The position numbers and the translations under genes are program-made. Below the pieces are notes generated by a model. The model searched no databases and was not told where the DNA came from. It saw nothing but the letters and a program-made list of their open reading frames with translations. DNA of 64,000 nt from Lineus longissimus (Eukaryota). Where the stretch lies: contig NC_088308.1 in the NCBI RefSeq assembly GCF_910592395.1, forward strand, positions 744,001 through 808,000. The letters are read 5' to 3'. Positions within the stretch are counted from its first letter, which is position 1. The number at the start of each line of letters is the position of its first letter. Shown one piece after another: positions 22,488-36,300 of this stretch.

Positions 22488-25400
22488 CCACAAGATCAAC
22501 AGAAGCACGCTAACACCTAGACACAGGAGAAATATGAGAAGGGTTTTAAAAGTTGTGCGTGTCAGTAGATTCTGGGCTGATTGGGTGCTATAATTCTGAT
22601 ATCTGCACGCACAGGTCTGTGTCCACGCCACGAATCGCGGCGTAGCAGGATCCAAGATGGCGGCCTGTGTTGGCAGTCAAATTGCCATGACGGAGTCGTT
22701 TTTACAATCGGTTTCCCCGATGACATACGTGACCAAATTGGGCCGTGCGATTGAGACGGGCCAGCCTGCTGCTGGTTGTTGAAGAGACGCCGAATCACGT
22801 TTGTAGGGTCCAAGGCCAGTAACCACACATAGCGGGCAATACTGGTTCAGAGCCTGACGTAACTCACCGAAAGGCAATACTTTGGCATGACAACATGACA
22901 GAAATCAACAGCTAGAATTTGTTTTCATCAGAAGTGGCATGATGTTCACGAGGATAGGTATGAACCAATTAATTCTGAAAGAACCTACATCAAGCGTCAG
23001 CTGCTCAATCAGCGTTAGAGACAAATGCCAACGTTAGCTCAACGTTATTGCTAACGCTGTTGCTAAGGGCCTAGTACATCACTCACTCGCAGCGGTTAGA
23101 GATGTCCTGAGATCATTCTTTTCAAGAGAGGAATTATTCCAGGCGCGTGACCGGATCGTTGATGGTGTGAGAATTCGACTTCGTACAAAGATTATCACTA
23201 CGTTGACACAGACATCCATGGTGACTTTGGAACTCTGCGCCTTCCTAGCATGTGATATCATTATTTCCAGCAGTGGTGGAACACTGCCCAAAGCCTCAGA
23301 TTATGCACTCATGATCACCTTCACAGCAGGAATTATCTCGAACGGGTATAATTGATTTTTGATATCGTCTGCCGGGTGTCAATTGTGATATCTGTTTACA
23401 TCAGCTCATCATTACAGGATACAGAAAAAAACATGATATCACATCCACAATCACGAGTGTAAACGACCATCAATGCTCGGATTCAATCTCGGTTCGGTGT
23501 AACAGTTTTCAATGTCCCCACGGAAATATGTCACGCCCTGTTGTATGGAATCACGTACAGATTAATACTCGTGTGTATAGGTCCTTAGCCTTAGATTTAT
23601 CATGTTTATCGCCAGTCTAAAATGCCCTCCCATCCCCCAGGAAAAAGTGTCCGTCGGTATGGAGTTAAGAGTGTTCTACATAGTGACCATGACCGTCAAT
23701 GCCTCTGAGATAAACAGCGCAAAATAATCCAATGTCATCCAGAAACTCTATCTAGATACACTTCAAACTTTTACACACACGTATCTATTTAGTGACATAG
23801 ATTTTTGTCGTGTGTTCATGGTCTTAAAACAATGTCTCTCAAGCTATTAATCCCGATCATTGAAAGATGAGTTGGGACTAATTCTTCATGGAGGGACTTA
23901 ATTGACCGCTTCTGCTGATCGATGATGACCGTATATACATGCCATATATGCTGACGTTGTTGAATCGTTTACAATTGATCTACATGTACACAACCTGGGC
24001 GGCAATGAACAATACACTTCGACTTTAAATCCACAATAATGAAGGCTGATTAATCAATTGTACTTTGATGCAAAGAAAGTGTATTGCCGTTTGTTTGCGT
24101 CCGCTGGTTTAGCTACCACATGACCATTTACCGCGGTTTTGATTGGCCCGGACCCCCAAACAATAGACACGTATTTTGAACACCAATGAACCGCCATTTT
24201 CACTGCGTATGTCAAGGAGCTTGGACTGCGCAAAAACCGACTCCTCACCATTTTCCCGATTTCTTCCAAATCTTCTTCAATAAGATAAAAGAGGTATTAG
24301 TATCTTTCAATTTTGTTCAAAGAGTCTGGTATTATCAGAATGAAGATAAGATGTGTTTGTCCGCACAAGATTTCAGGCAAAGTTTATGATTCGGAGGCCC
24401 TGGTCCTGGACTATTCTAGTCTAAAGTTGACTGATTCAGTCCTTCCCCCAATGCAAATTCTTGAGAGAATTCACTTCATGGCTGTTGTCACCATCATTGC
24501 ATTCATTGTTCAGACTCCATTTCTTGAGAGAATTCGCTTCAAGGCGGTTCTCGCCATCATTCTTATCTCTGTTCAGACTGAGCTCTCAAATCGTGAAGGG
24601 CGTTCTTATGCCTGTCACGACTGGGGTTGACTAAAATATGTTTAATCAAATTCAAATAATCGTTCACTTTTGTGGCTCCACTATCCCGACTGTGGTGTAG
24701 CACCCGACTATAACTGGCATGAATAGGGAATACGCTGGTTATGGATGTCAGATCGTGGTTTCCTGACTTTTGCAAACAATTTCACTGGACGTAACCCACG
24801 CGGCGACACCAAGGACCGCTGGCTGATCTATTGATATGTTCGTAGTTGGGTGTCAAAGTCGGAGAGACGAAGAGCCACTCGTCTCTTGTAGGGGGTCCAT
24901 TTGGAAGTGTTTGCATTTGTTAGCCTATAAACACAAGATTTTAATCCTTCAGTCTCGAGTTTGGCGGAGAAACTAATCTTACAGAAGGCCCAGTCATATC
25001 TCGTCATTGACAGTATCTCTGGGAGGTCCTGTGTGCCGTTGAACCAATATACTTGAGGCTGTTGGAGAGACTTCTTGTCTAAACAATACCATTCTGCCCC
25101 CTCTAAGGCATAACAATGGTAAGTTATAAACACAAGATTTTAATCCTTGTCTCGGGTGTCTTTGAGAGAACTGATCACACACAATTCCCAATCTACTCGT
25201 CAGCTAGCTGACAGATTCCCTGGGTCGAACGTGTTGCTGAGATGTTTTTGAAGAGATACTTGTGGCTGTTGGAGAGACTTCCTGTCTAAACAGTACCATT
25301 CTGCCCCCTCTAAGGCATATATTGATACTAAATTGACTACTAAATGAAAGCAGGTCAACACAATTATGGGCGAGCGGGTCGAGTATAATGCAAATGATCA

Positions 25401-26185
25401 ACCGTGTTTTGCATATTTGATATGATGTCATGTTTTGGCAAAAGAATTCGGCTTCAAATGGTTTTCAGTCATATTCAAATAACCACAACACGTCAATAAT
25501 AGATTAAATAACATGCCACTCTCTATATCTTGCGGTTAACTTCAACTCTTTAGTTTTCAGAGAGCATGTGCCATGGAACTGCCGACTTTCCGATGTAACC
25601 GTAATGAATGCCAGCCAGAAAATGAGTCTTCTACTGTAATTACGGTGACGTATGAAGGTATTTGGTAATACTGAAAGCAAAGAGTTGACCCAAAGCAGCA
25701 TGAGATGTGGACGAGCATCCAAATGACCTTGATATGCGTGGATGCAATGAATCTAGAGGCTATGGGCAGAATTTCCTTTCACACGGTCCCATGCCGAAAA
25801 TCTGATCGGCTGTCAAGGAGTGAGTTAGGGCCTACGTCAGCTGGTAGGATACCTTGGACACCGTTTGCATGATGACTATTTTCTTGTGTCCAAGAACTTG
25901 GCCTCAGGAAGAAAAGGTCGCAAATTCCTTTTTTTCAAATGATTGACTCTCACCTCTTATCTTTCAGCAGAAACTTTCATGAGAGAGGGTTGGAGCCGGA
26001 GTCATTGCTTTCAGTAACAAGTAGACCCACTGCATGCAGACCCCCGGGGTGCGGACCGCGTGAACGTGCGGGGAATGGTTGAATCAAGACGACACACCTT
26101 CCTGAACTGTAAAGCTGTTGCGCATACAATAGTGCATAAAACATGTCGTTTCTTCTTGAATTGAGTGTATTCTCCAATACTCCAT
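22488..26185. repeat. Tandem segmental duplication, copy 1 (about 3.7 kb)
   Basis: Starts ccacaagatcaacagaagc and recurs at offset 3767; duplicated ORFs appear in the ORF track. Confidence 0.95.
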
Positions 26186-26254
26186 CAGGGCCGTATTTAA
26201 CTTTTTTGTCCAGGGGGGGCAATGGGATAGATCGCCGAAGGCGATCTGCATGCG

Positions 26255-29200
26255 CCACAAGATCAACAGAAGCACGCTAACACCTAGACACAGGAGAAAT
26301 ATGAGAAGGGTTTTAAAAGTTGTGCGTGTCAGTAGATTCTGGGCTGATTGGGTGCTATAATTCTGATATCTGCACGCACAGGTCTGTGTCCACGCCACGA
26401 ATCGCGGCGTAGCAGGATCCAAGATGGCGGCCTGTGTTGGCAGTCAAATTGCCATGACGGAGTCGTTTTTACAATCGGTTTCCCCGATGACATACGTGAC
26501 CAAATTGGGCCGTGCGATTGAGACGGGCCAGCCTGCTGCTGGTTGTTGAAGAGACGCCGAATCACGTTTGTAGGGTCCAAGGCCAGTAACCACACATAGC
26601 GGGCAATACTGGTTCAGAGCCTGACGTAACTCACCGAAAGGCAATACTTTGGCATGACAACATGACAGAAATCAACAGCTAGAATTTGTTTTCATCAGAA
26701 GTGGCATGATGTTCACGAGGATAGGTATGAACCAATTAATTCTGAAAGAACCTACATCAAGCGTCAGCTGCTCAATCAGCGTTAGAGACAAATGCCAACG
26801 TTAGCTCAACGTTATTGCTAACGCTGTTGCTAAGGGCCTAGTACATCACTCACTCGCAGCGGTTAGAGATGTCCTGAGATCATTCTTTTCAAGAGAGGAA
26901 TTATTCCAGGCGCGTGACCGGATCGTTGATGGTGTGAGAATTCGACTTCGTACAAAGATTATCACTACGTTGACACAGACATCCATGGTGACTTTGGAAC
27001 TCTGCGCCTTCCTAGCATGTGATATCATTATTTCCAGCAGTGGTGGAACACTGCCCAAAGCCTCAGATTATGCACTCATGATCACCTTCACAGCAGGAAT
27101 TATCTCGAACGGGTATAATTGATTTTTGATATCGTCTGCCGGGTGTCAATTGTGATATCTGTTTACATCAGCTCATCATTACAGGATACAGAAAAAAACA
27201 TGATATCACATCCACAATCACGAGTGTAAACGACCATCAATGCTCGGATTCAATCTCTGTTCGGTGTAACAGTTTTCAATGTACCCACGGAAATATGTCA
27301 CGCCCTGTTGTATGGAATCACGTACAGATTAATACTCGTGTGTTTAGGTCCTTGGCCTTAGATTTATCATGTTTATCGCCAGTCTAAAATGCCCTCCCAT
27401 CCCCCAGGAAAAAGTGTCCGTCGGTATGGAGTTAAGAGTGTTCTACATAGTGACCATGACCGTCAATGCCTCTGAGATAAACAGCGCAAAATAATCCAAT
27501 GTCATCCAGAAACTCTATCTAGATACACTTCAAACTTTTACACACACGTATCTATTTAGTGACATAGATTTTTGTCGTGTGTTCATGGTCTTAAAACAAT
27601 GTCTCTCAAGCTATTAATCCCGATCATTGAACGATGAGTTGGGACTAATTCTACATGGAGGGACTTAATTGACCGCTTCTGCTGATCGATGATGACCGTA
27701 TATACATGCCATATATGCTGACGTTGTTGAATCGTTTACAATTGATCTACATGTACACAACCTGGGCGGCAATGAACAATACGCTTCGACTTTAAATCCA
27801 CAATAATGAAGGCTGATTAATTGTACTTCGATGCAAAGAAAGTATATTCTCGTTTTGTGGTTTAGCTACCACATGACCATTTACCGCGGTTTTGATTGGC
27901 CCGGACCCCCTAACAATAGACATGTATTTTGAACACCAATGAACCGCCATTTTCACTGCGTATGTCCAGGAGCTTGGACTGCGCAAAAACCGACTCCTCA
28001 CCATTTTCCCGATTTCTTCCAAATCTTCTTCAATAAGGTAAAAGAGGTATTAGTATCTTTCAATTTTGTTCAAAGAGTCTGGTATTATCAGAATGAAGAT
28101 AAGATGTGTTTGTCCGCACAAGATTTCAGGCAAAGTTTATGATTCGGAGGTCCTGGTCTTGGACTATTCTCGTCTAAAGTTGATTAATTCATTCCCTCCC
28201 CCCAATGCAAATTCTTGAGAGAATTCACTTCATGGCTGTTGTCACCATCATTGTAATCACTGTTCAGACTCCATTTCTTGAGAGAATTCATTCGCTTCAT
28301 GGCTGTTATCGCCATCATTGCATTCACTGTTCAGACTCCATTTCTTGAGATAATTCGCTTCAAGGCGGTTTTCGCCATCATTCTTATCTCTGTTCAGACT
28401 GAGCTCTCAAATCGTGAAGGGCGTTCTTATGCCTGTCACGACTGGGGTTGACTAAAATGTGTTTAATCAAATTCAAATAATCGTTCACTTTGTGGCTCCA
28501 CTATCCCGACTGTGGTGTAGCACCCGACTATAACTGGCATGAATAGGGAATACGCTGGTTATGGATGTCAGATCGTGGTTTCCTGACTTTTGCAAACAAT
28601 TTCACTGGACGTAACCCACGCGGCGACACCAAGGACCGCTGGCTGATCTATTGATATGTTCGTAGTTGGGTGTCAAAGTCGGAGAGACGAAGAGCCACTC
28701 GTCTCTTGTAGGGGGTCCATTTGGAAGTGTTTGCATTTGTTAGCCTATAAACACAAGATTTTAATCCTTCAGTCTCGAGTTTGGCGGAGAAACTAATCTT
28801 ACAGAAGGCCCAGTCATATCTCGTCATTGACAGTATCTCTGGGAGGTCCTGTGTGCCGTTGAACCAATATTCTTGAGGCTGTTGGAGAGACTTCTTGTCT
28901 AAACAATACCATTCTGCCCCCTCTAAGGCATAACAATGGTAAGTTATAAACACAAGATTTTAATCCTTGTCTCGGGTGTCTTTGAGAGAACTGATCACAC
29001 ACAATTCCCAATCTACTCGTCAGCTAGCTGACAGATTACCTGGGTTGAACGTGTTGCTGAGATGTTTTTGAAGAGATACTTGTGGCTGTTGGAGAGACTT
29101 CTTGTCTAAACAGTATTCTGCCCCCTCTAAGGCATATATTGATACTAAATTGACTACTAAATGAAAGCAGGTCAACACAATTATGGGCGAGCGGGTCGAG

Positions 29201-30012
29201 TATAATGTAAATGATCAGCCGTGTTTTGCAAGGATGATATGATGTCATGTTTTGGCGAAAGAATTCGGCTTCATATGGTTTTCAGTCAGATTCAAATAAC
29301 CACAACACGTCAATAATAGATTAAATAACATGCCACTCTATCTTGCGGTTAACTTCAACTCTTTAGTTTTCAGAGAGCAGGTGCCATGGACCTGCCGACT
29401 TTCCGATGTAACCGTAATGAATGCCAGCCAGAAAATGAGTCTTCTATTGTAATTACGGTGACGTATGAAGGTATTTGGTAATACTGAAAGCAAAGAGTTG
29501 ACCCAAAGCAGCATGAGATGTGGACGAGAACCCAAATGACCTTGATATGCGTGGATGCAATGAATCTAGAGGCTATGGGCAGAATTTCCTTTCACACGGG
29601 TCCCATGCCGAAAATCTGATCGGCTGTCAAGGAGTGAGTTAGGGCCTACGTCAGCTAGCTGGTAGGATACCTTGGACACCGTTTGCATGATGACTATTTT
29701 CTTGTGTCCAAAAACTTGGCCCCAGGATCAGAAGAAAAGGTCGCAAATACCTTTTTTTGAAATGATTGACTCTCACCTCTTATCTTTCAGCAGAAACTTT
29801 CATGAGAGAGGGTTGGAGCCGGAGTCATTGCTTTCAGTAATAAGTAGACCCAACTGTGCATGCGGACCCCCGGGGTGCGGACCGTGTGAATGTGCGGGGG
29901 AATGGTTGAATCAAGACGACACTCCTTCCTGAACTGTAAAGCTGTTGCGCATACAATAGTGCATAAAACATGTCGTTTCTTCTTGAATTGAGTGTATTCT
30001 CCAATACGCCAT
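26255..30012. repeat. Tandem segmental duplication, copy 2
   Basis: Near-identical to 22488-26185 with scattered substitutions and indels; homology ends at ccaatac[t/g]ccat. Confidence 0.95.
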
Positions 30013-30244
30013 TGCATGATTACTGTAAAATGAGCAGGATGCCGTTGAGACTCTTTTCAGATGTCTCTTTCCTTTGGTGTGTTTGAAGGTTGAGACGGCT
30101 TCTGGCCGAGATTGCATCTCAGTATGGTAAGTTCCTTACTCTGAGGCTTTCCAGCACTGTTATCAAATAAACTATTGAGAATGTAAATATTGTGTTTGAT
30201 TTAAATCTCTTCTCAGCAGCCCAACAAAAATAACTGAATGAATA

Positions 30245-30354
30245 AAATGTTTGAAAATCATCCCGTAATGAGCTGGCGCTGACCGCGCCAGAATCGGTGG
30301 CGACGACCGCGGCCAATGTGGAATTGGTCGAAAAAAAAAAACCTTCGCGGCGCG
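30245..30354 (+). promoter_or_regulatory. Putative CpG-rich proximal promoter of PRKDC
   Basis: CpG-dense stretch before the ATG with TTTGAA (CHR-like, 30250), CCAAT (30313), ATTGG (30323) and E2F-like TGGCGC / TTCGCGGC. Confidence 0.4.
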
Positions 30355-33300
30355 ATGGCGACAAATCTGTCAAATCTACAAAATAAATTCGCTGATTTGC
30401 ACGAATGCAGAGGTGGCAATGGCGGTCTCGATGCCAAAGTGGCTGCAGATAAAGCAAACAATATCGTTTGTGACATTGGTCACCTCTGTCTGCAAGATAT
30501 CACGGATAAAGAGATAGGTAAACACCACCGGTTTGCCATCTCGTTTATGTACATCACTGTACAAAATGTACATGGACTACAGGGTGTACCAAAAATCCTT
30601 CAATTTCTCTTCTTCTGATTTGTCGTGTCCTTGTCATGTCCATACCTGCTTGGGCCTTATTGCCTTCACAGCAGGTATGGAGGTGTTTGTATGGCTTTAA
30701 GCCTGTTCGGTGCCTTTCGTTGCTGATTAACTAAGACCAGTGAGCAAGCTGGGACTGGGTAGTGGGTGGGTGTGGGATGACCATCATCATTATCTGTAGT
30801 TCCAATCAACAGACACTTCGACTTTGACACTTGTCCACACACAGGCACAGGCACCTCTCCGAGTCTCCAACTCCTGGTCCTAAGAGAGTGAGATTAGACT
30901 CCCGTCATCCTGTTGGGAGACGGTCACACTCTCACACTTTTGGATGGTGTTCCTTTGTCTCATTTGGCAGTCGCATACTGGAGAAGATTCGAGGTGCAGT
31001 CACAGCCGCTCTGTTCCCCTGTGCCGTATGTGGTCACAGCCCGGGAAGAGTCGCCCCGCACTCGCCCTCGCCCCGAGCCGTCGCCGGCAAGGGGGTTCCG
31101 GTCTTCAATTTTTTGGCTGTCGTGTGCGCCGGTGCGGTTGGCCGGCGAGACGCTGGCCGCGGGGGGCCCATTTGTGGTTGCCGTCACTGAGACACCAGCA
31201 CTGTCAGACTGAGACAAAGGCTGGCGCTATCTCCATTCCATCCAACAATCTGTCTTCAAACTGCTGAAAGGAGTCTGAGATGCAAAGCCCTATCCCCAGC
31301 CACTGACAACCCTGATCACCCAAGAAAACGTGGGAGACAACCTTGTCTTAAGTACTACAAGCCCTCACCGTGGAAACTCCATCTAAGGCACATTCTGTGG
31401 GACTATCCCGCGATGTAGGATGAAGACAGGATGGTTGGATCCAAAGTCAATGAAGATGAAGCTGTAGGGAAACATCGAAGTGTCGACTAAGTCACGTAAG
31501 ATATTGCAGATTGAGTTCATCACAAGTCCCTCTGTTGCCTTTTCAGATTATAGTTGTTCACTGCTCTTTGATAAGGAAACTGGCCTCCTAACATTCCTGA
31601 GACAGGTGGCTCTAAATGATCAGGTTTGTATTGGTATAACTGGAAGCAAAAGTTTTCTTTTCTTTAAACAGGACAGCAATCATTCCAAAACTGAGGTCGG
31701 TTTTGATTCTCTCGGTCTAACTGTCATGACAATATGATTTGTCACGAGATGTTTTGAATTTGTAACTTCTAGAATTTCGGAAATACTTAGTTGATTTGTC
31801 CAATTGACTTTTACGAAGCAACTGAAGTTGATCTGCAGCTGAGCACTATAATTGCTGGTAACTTAAATCTTATTCCAGTTCACCAACTGCAAAGCATCAT
31901 CACTGGACTTCCTTCTCTCCTTCTTGAACAAAGTTGAGAAGAAGGTTTTGCCATATGCTGTGGATTTGAAGGTGAGAACATATATATTTTGTGACATGCC
32001 TTGAATCTGGAAAAGTTTCTCCAATATTGCCACAACCCTGATATTAATCAAGAGTAAGACAGTGGACGCTAGCTTGAATTTGGGACTTGATTGTGTGGTG
32101 CGTGTGGCCAGTAGTAGCTGGACTTGAATCTGCACCAAGATGCAGGTTGAACTGGTTTCACCAATATATTGCCAATGAGATAGGCATTTTTACAGAAGGT
32201 GTATCACGTGGTTGGGAGTTGAGATGGGCAGATATGTAACTTTCTCCAAAAATGTTGGCAATTTGTTTAGGAGCATGACGATGTGGTTTTCTCTTCTTGC
32301 AGGATGTGTGTATTTCCTTGTTCAGGGACAGGTTTGCCAAGGTCAAGAATGGAACATTCCCTGTCCTCATCAAGGTAAACAAGACGCTTGCTGATGCTGT
32401 GAAGAAATGTGGATTCACAGCAAATCAGGCTGATCTATTTGCTAATTCATTAAGTGTGATTGGAACATTGAAGGCTGCAGATTTCAAACTTCTGGGAGTA
32501 TTTGATCAAAATGAGAAATCTTTTGCTGGATTTCAAAATGGATTACATGACTTCGGTTTCAAAATAATACATTGCATCATCAAGGTAGCTTTCTGCATTT
32601 CGTAATGATGAATAAGGAACAGAGAAATCAGAGTGCTTGCTTGTGGACAGTTACATAAACCTCGTCCCTACAACACAATTCCATGATGATGCAGTGTATC
32701 TTTGTGTAAAAGTATGAAATCCTGAACTGTTCCTATCGAAACATTCTTGTTTTTCAGCTGCTTGAGTTGACAACAGGATCCGAATTGGGTGATGAACTAA
32801 AAGTGTCCAAAATTATAGACAAATACTTCATGGAATTAACACAGGCAACCAAACACTCTGCCACCGGTTAGTTTAATGATTGTCAAGATTAGGGATGGTT
32901 CGTGTAACCTCACTGTAGTCAAAGGAAGTGCTCTTGTCAAAGTGAACATCAACATCCCTCCTTGCCCCAACATCAATTCATTCAGATAATGACACAAGTA
33001 AAACGGTTGTCATATCATCTTCCCCACTCTCAGTGGTTCAAAGGCTATACCAGAGGAACTCAATTCGATCTGCTTTATTTTAAAGTTTTCTCGATTAATG
33101 ATTTCATTAAGCTTTTCTTTTTTCATTTCCAACTTCTACATTTCTGTCATATGATGTTTTCCAGTGAAGCAAGGTATCTATACATTGCTGGGTGTGATAT
33201 GTAAGGTGTATCCAGAATTAATGGTCAACTATTCAGAAAGATTGCTGGGAGTCTACATGAAATCCCTAAAAGAGCAGGTGAGCTGGCTTCTTCTAATCAC

Positions 33301-36300
33301 TTTCATATTTCTTAGTAATTATCTTTTGTTAATGAGTGAATCCCTCACACCAATCATCATCCTCAAAAATTTGTTGAGGTTAAATGGCTTAACACTGTTG
33401 TAACAACCCCCACATTGTTGTTTTTTTCAGATGACATCTCAGACCAAAAAGCCAGAACTTTCCATTATCGCTGGTTGTTTTGATGGGCTCACCAGTTACC
33501 TTGTCAACTTCACACAGTCAGCGGAAGAAGGTAGAGTAAAGTCACTTCTTCCAATATAATGGATCAAGTCTGTCATAACCTGCCCAACTGATGAAGCAGT
33601 CGTGATATAAGCTCAATGCATGAAGGCAACTGAAACCTTGAAGGTAAACAGGTTCACTCAATGTGACCAGTGACCACCAGCACTAACAGCAATTCTTTCT
33701 GCTTTCCATATCTTGAGGTTCAAAGACGGCATCAAATTCTTACTTCAGTGGATGTGACTAGTTGTGTGTTACATCAGGTCCTCATCTCAGCCTTCATCTC
33801 CCATCTAGCTCCTCACACCAGGTGTTTTTGCACTTGACAAGACTTCCTCATCCAATGTTATGTCTTTTGCAGGCTCCAAGTATTCGTATGACATCTTCAA
33901 CTACACCAGGAAAGCTATCAATCCTAATATCAACATGACTCGCTACCAGATGGTCATCTCTGCTCTCAGTCTACTCAAAGAACACGGTCAACAGTTTGGA
34001 GAATACCTGATTGAAGATTATCAGGTTGGTGTCTTGAACTGTCTATTGCCATAGGCACATCAGTCATGGTCAAAAAGTACCAAACCTTCTTCTTGTCTGC
34101 CGATTACCAACAGTTTGTGCTTTATGGACTGAGGCGCATTGAATGCCCTACCAACATCTTTTCATTTGACAGTCTTTTAAATGTGTAAAATGTTTTGGTC
34201 ATTTGGTCGAAGTAGGCCAAAACTTAGTCTTGGTTCCACAGAATTTGGCTCTCAGCTAGCAGTCTTCTGGTCCATTCGGTTTCCCCTTATTAACACGAGT
34301 AGGTATTAAAAAGATGTTATCGTTTCAGTTGATGTATGAGCGGCTGTCCCACTGGGGTAACTACCATAACAGGGATGTGGCGATAGTTGGCAGGTTGGCC
34401 CTGGAGACATTCCTCAAACAGATAGCTGACATGTTGGTCTTAAAAGCAAAGAAGGGGACGGAAGACAGACAGATATTCCAGGTGGGAAGATTTGATTAGA
34501 GTGGGTTGTTGGGTATTCCACATGTATGCTGAAAGGTTGTGAAAGGTGTTCCGTGAGTCGGCCGTTAATGTTTTAACTCCAGTTCCATCTCCAGAGGACT
34601 GCAGGGATCTCTACTTGATGAGTCGCTGTGGTCTAGTGCCTTGGGTTCTTGGCTAGCATTCATGAGGTCCCTGGATCGAACCCCACAGGTTGTAGTGCTG
34701 ATTAAGCAGCAGATCTGAGTGATACTGAAAGGTTTTTGGGTAGACCAGGGTTAAAAGTGATGTCGAAAGATAACTTCTACCGCAGTTGATACCAGACTAC
34801 CCAAACTTCAACGTCTTACTTCTTAGCTGGTTGATTACACTCGTACGTGATGCAAGTTTGAATAATGATTTACCTTTCTCTTCACAGTACTTCATCCAAA
34901 AATTCTGTGGTGTGATGAACAATAATTCATCAGATGCGAAACAGGTTTCCCTGGCGATCAGAGGTTATGGCTACTTTGCTGCGGTAAGCTTATGACTAAT
35001 TAGTCTGTATTCCCCGATCAAGTTAGTTGTTCGTTGATCAAAGAGAAGCACTAAATTGGCATTATCTGCTAAGTTCAGTCTGCAGAGCGTAGTGGCAAAG
35101 ACTGCAATAGCTTTTTACTCAAATGTATTTCCAAATCGGTTCAAGTGTGTTGCAGCAGAAACAGAGATGGACAGTACTGATTCTGTTAGTATTTTAGTGT
35201 TTTTGACGGCGTTTGAAAATTTTGTTCCGCTGCCTTTCAGCCGTGCAAGATTTTCATGACTCCTGAAGATGTCAAGTTCATGTTCGCCGAGATGATCCAG
35301 AGAAGTGAGCAGTTGTTCTTCACTCAGAGCGAGGTGATTGATGAGAAGATTCACAGTTTACCCAGCTTCGTTGAGGCACTCGCCAGCATTGTCAAGGAAA
35401 TGGAGGAGGTATGAAGGAAAGTTTGTGTGCTTAGAACTGATGTTACTTTCTTGTGAATTAACACTATGACATTAGGGTTGTTCACATGGAACCCAACCGA
35501 TCGAGATCGATCCAGATTGGTCCAGCCGTGTTAACGCACACGCATATGATCACACGGCATTGACTTATGGCTAAACGCTCGACTTCTGGCTCTGTTCTAT
35601 TCTGGTAGTTGTCTGGCCACCTCGGCAGGTTGAGGACACCAGGTATACCAAGTCCACTCCACTTTCAGGTCTCAGACACATTCCTTGGCTCCATGGAGAG
35701 ACTGGTGGTCATACTGATAGAAAACTTCCACAAGTTCCATCAGAATACTAACTTCATCTGCATCAAATCCATCTTACGTGTCCTAATGGCACTTGCACCA
35801 AAGGGGGCAACATTCAGAAACTTCTTATCGAAGATAGGTAAGAATAATTCCCATTTATTGACTTGCCAATAGCTTACATTATGATTAATACACTGCCTGT
35901 GGAAGGTGTAGGAGTGAAAACTAAGCTGATTGTAGTTCTGAGAGCGAAGTTGATGACCAGACAACAACAGGCAGCTAGCTTACTAACGTTATGAAGTTAT
36001 CTGTTGATATTTCAGTGTATCAAGGTTTGATCAGGACATGTTCGCATCAAGTTGTGGTTGAGATAGAGCTACAGGAGTCTACGGGCCTGGTTGATGACGA
36101 GTCGAGGGAAAGAAAGGTCACTTACAAGGATTACATTCCCTTGTGGGAGAGCCTGCTGGATGTCCAACAACAGAAGGTTGGTGGAAATGTATTGTCTTCT
36201 CATACCAATTCCATCAGCTGGTTATCACTCTCAACATAGCAGGTCATCTGCTCCTATAGCCTCAAGTTACTGCCCACGTGCACAAATGTCTTGTATGAGG

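Noticed and set aside
22562..29932. Short duplicated ORFs as protein-coding genes
   Set aside because: No recognisable domains or coherent exon chain; their identity is explained by the recent duplication.
34622..34700. tRNA gene
   Set aside because: Only degenerate A/B boxes and no acceptor stem; treated as a SINE remnant.
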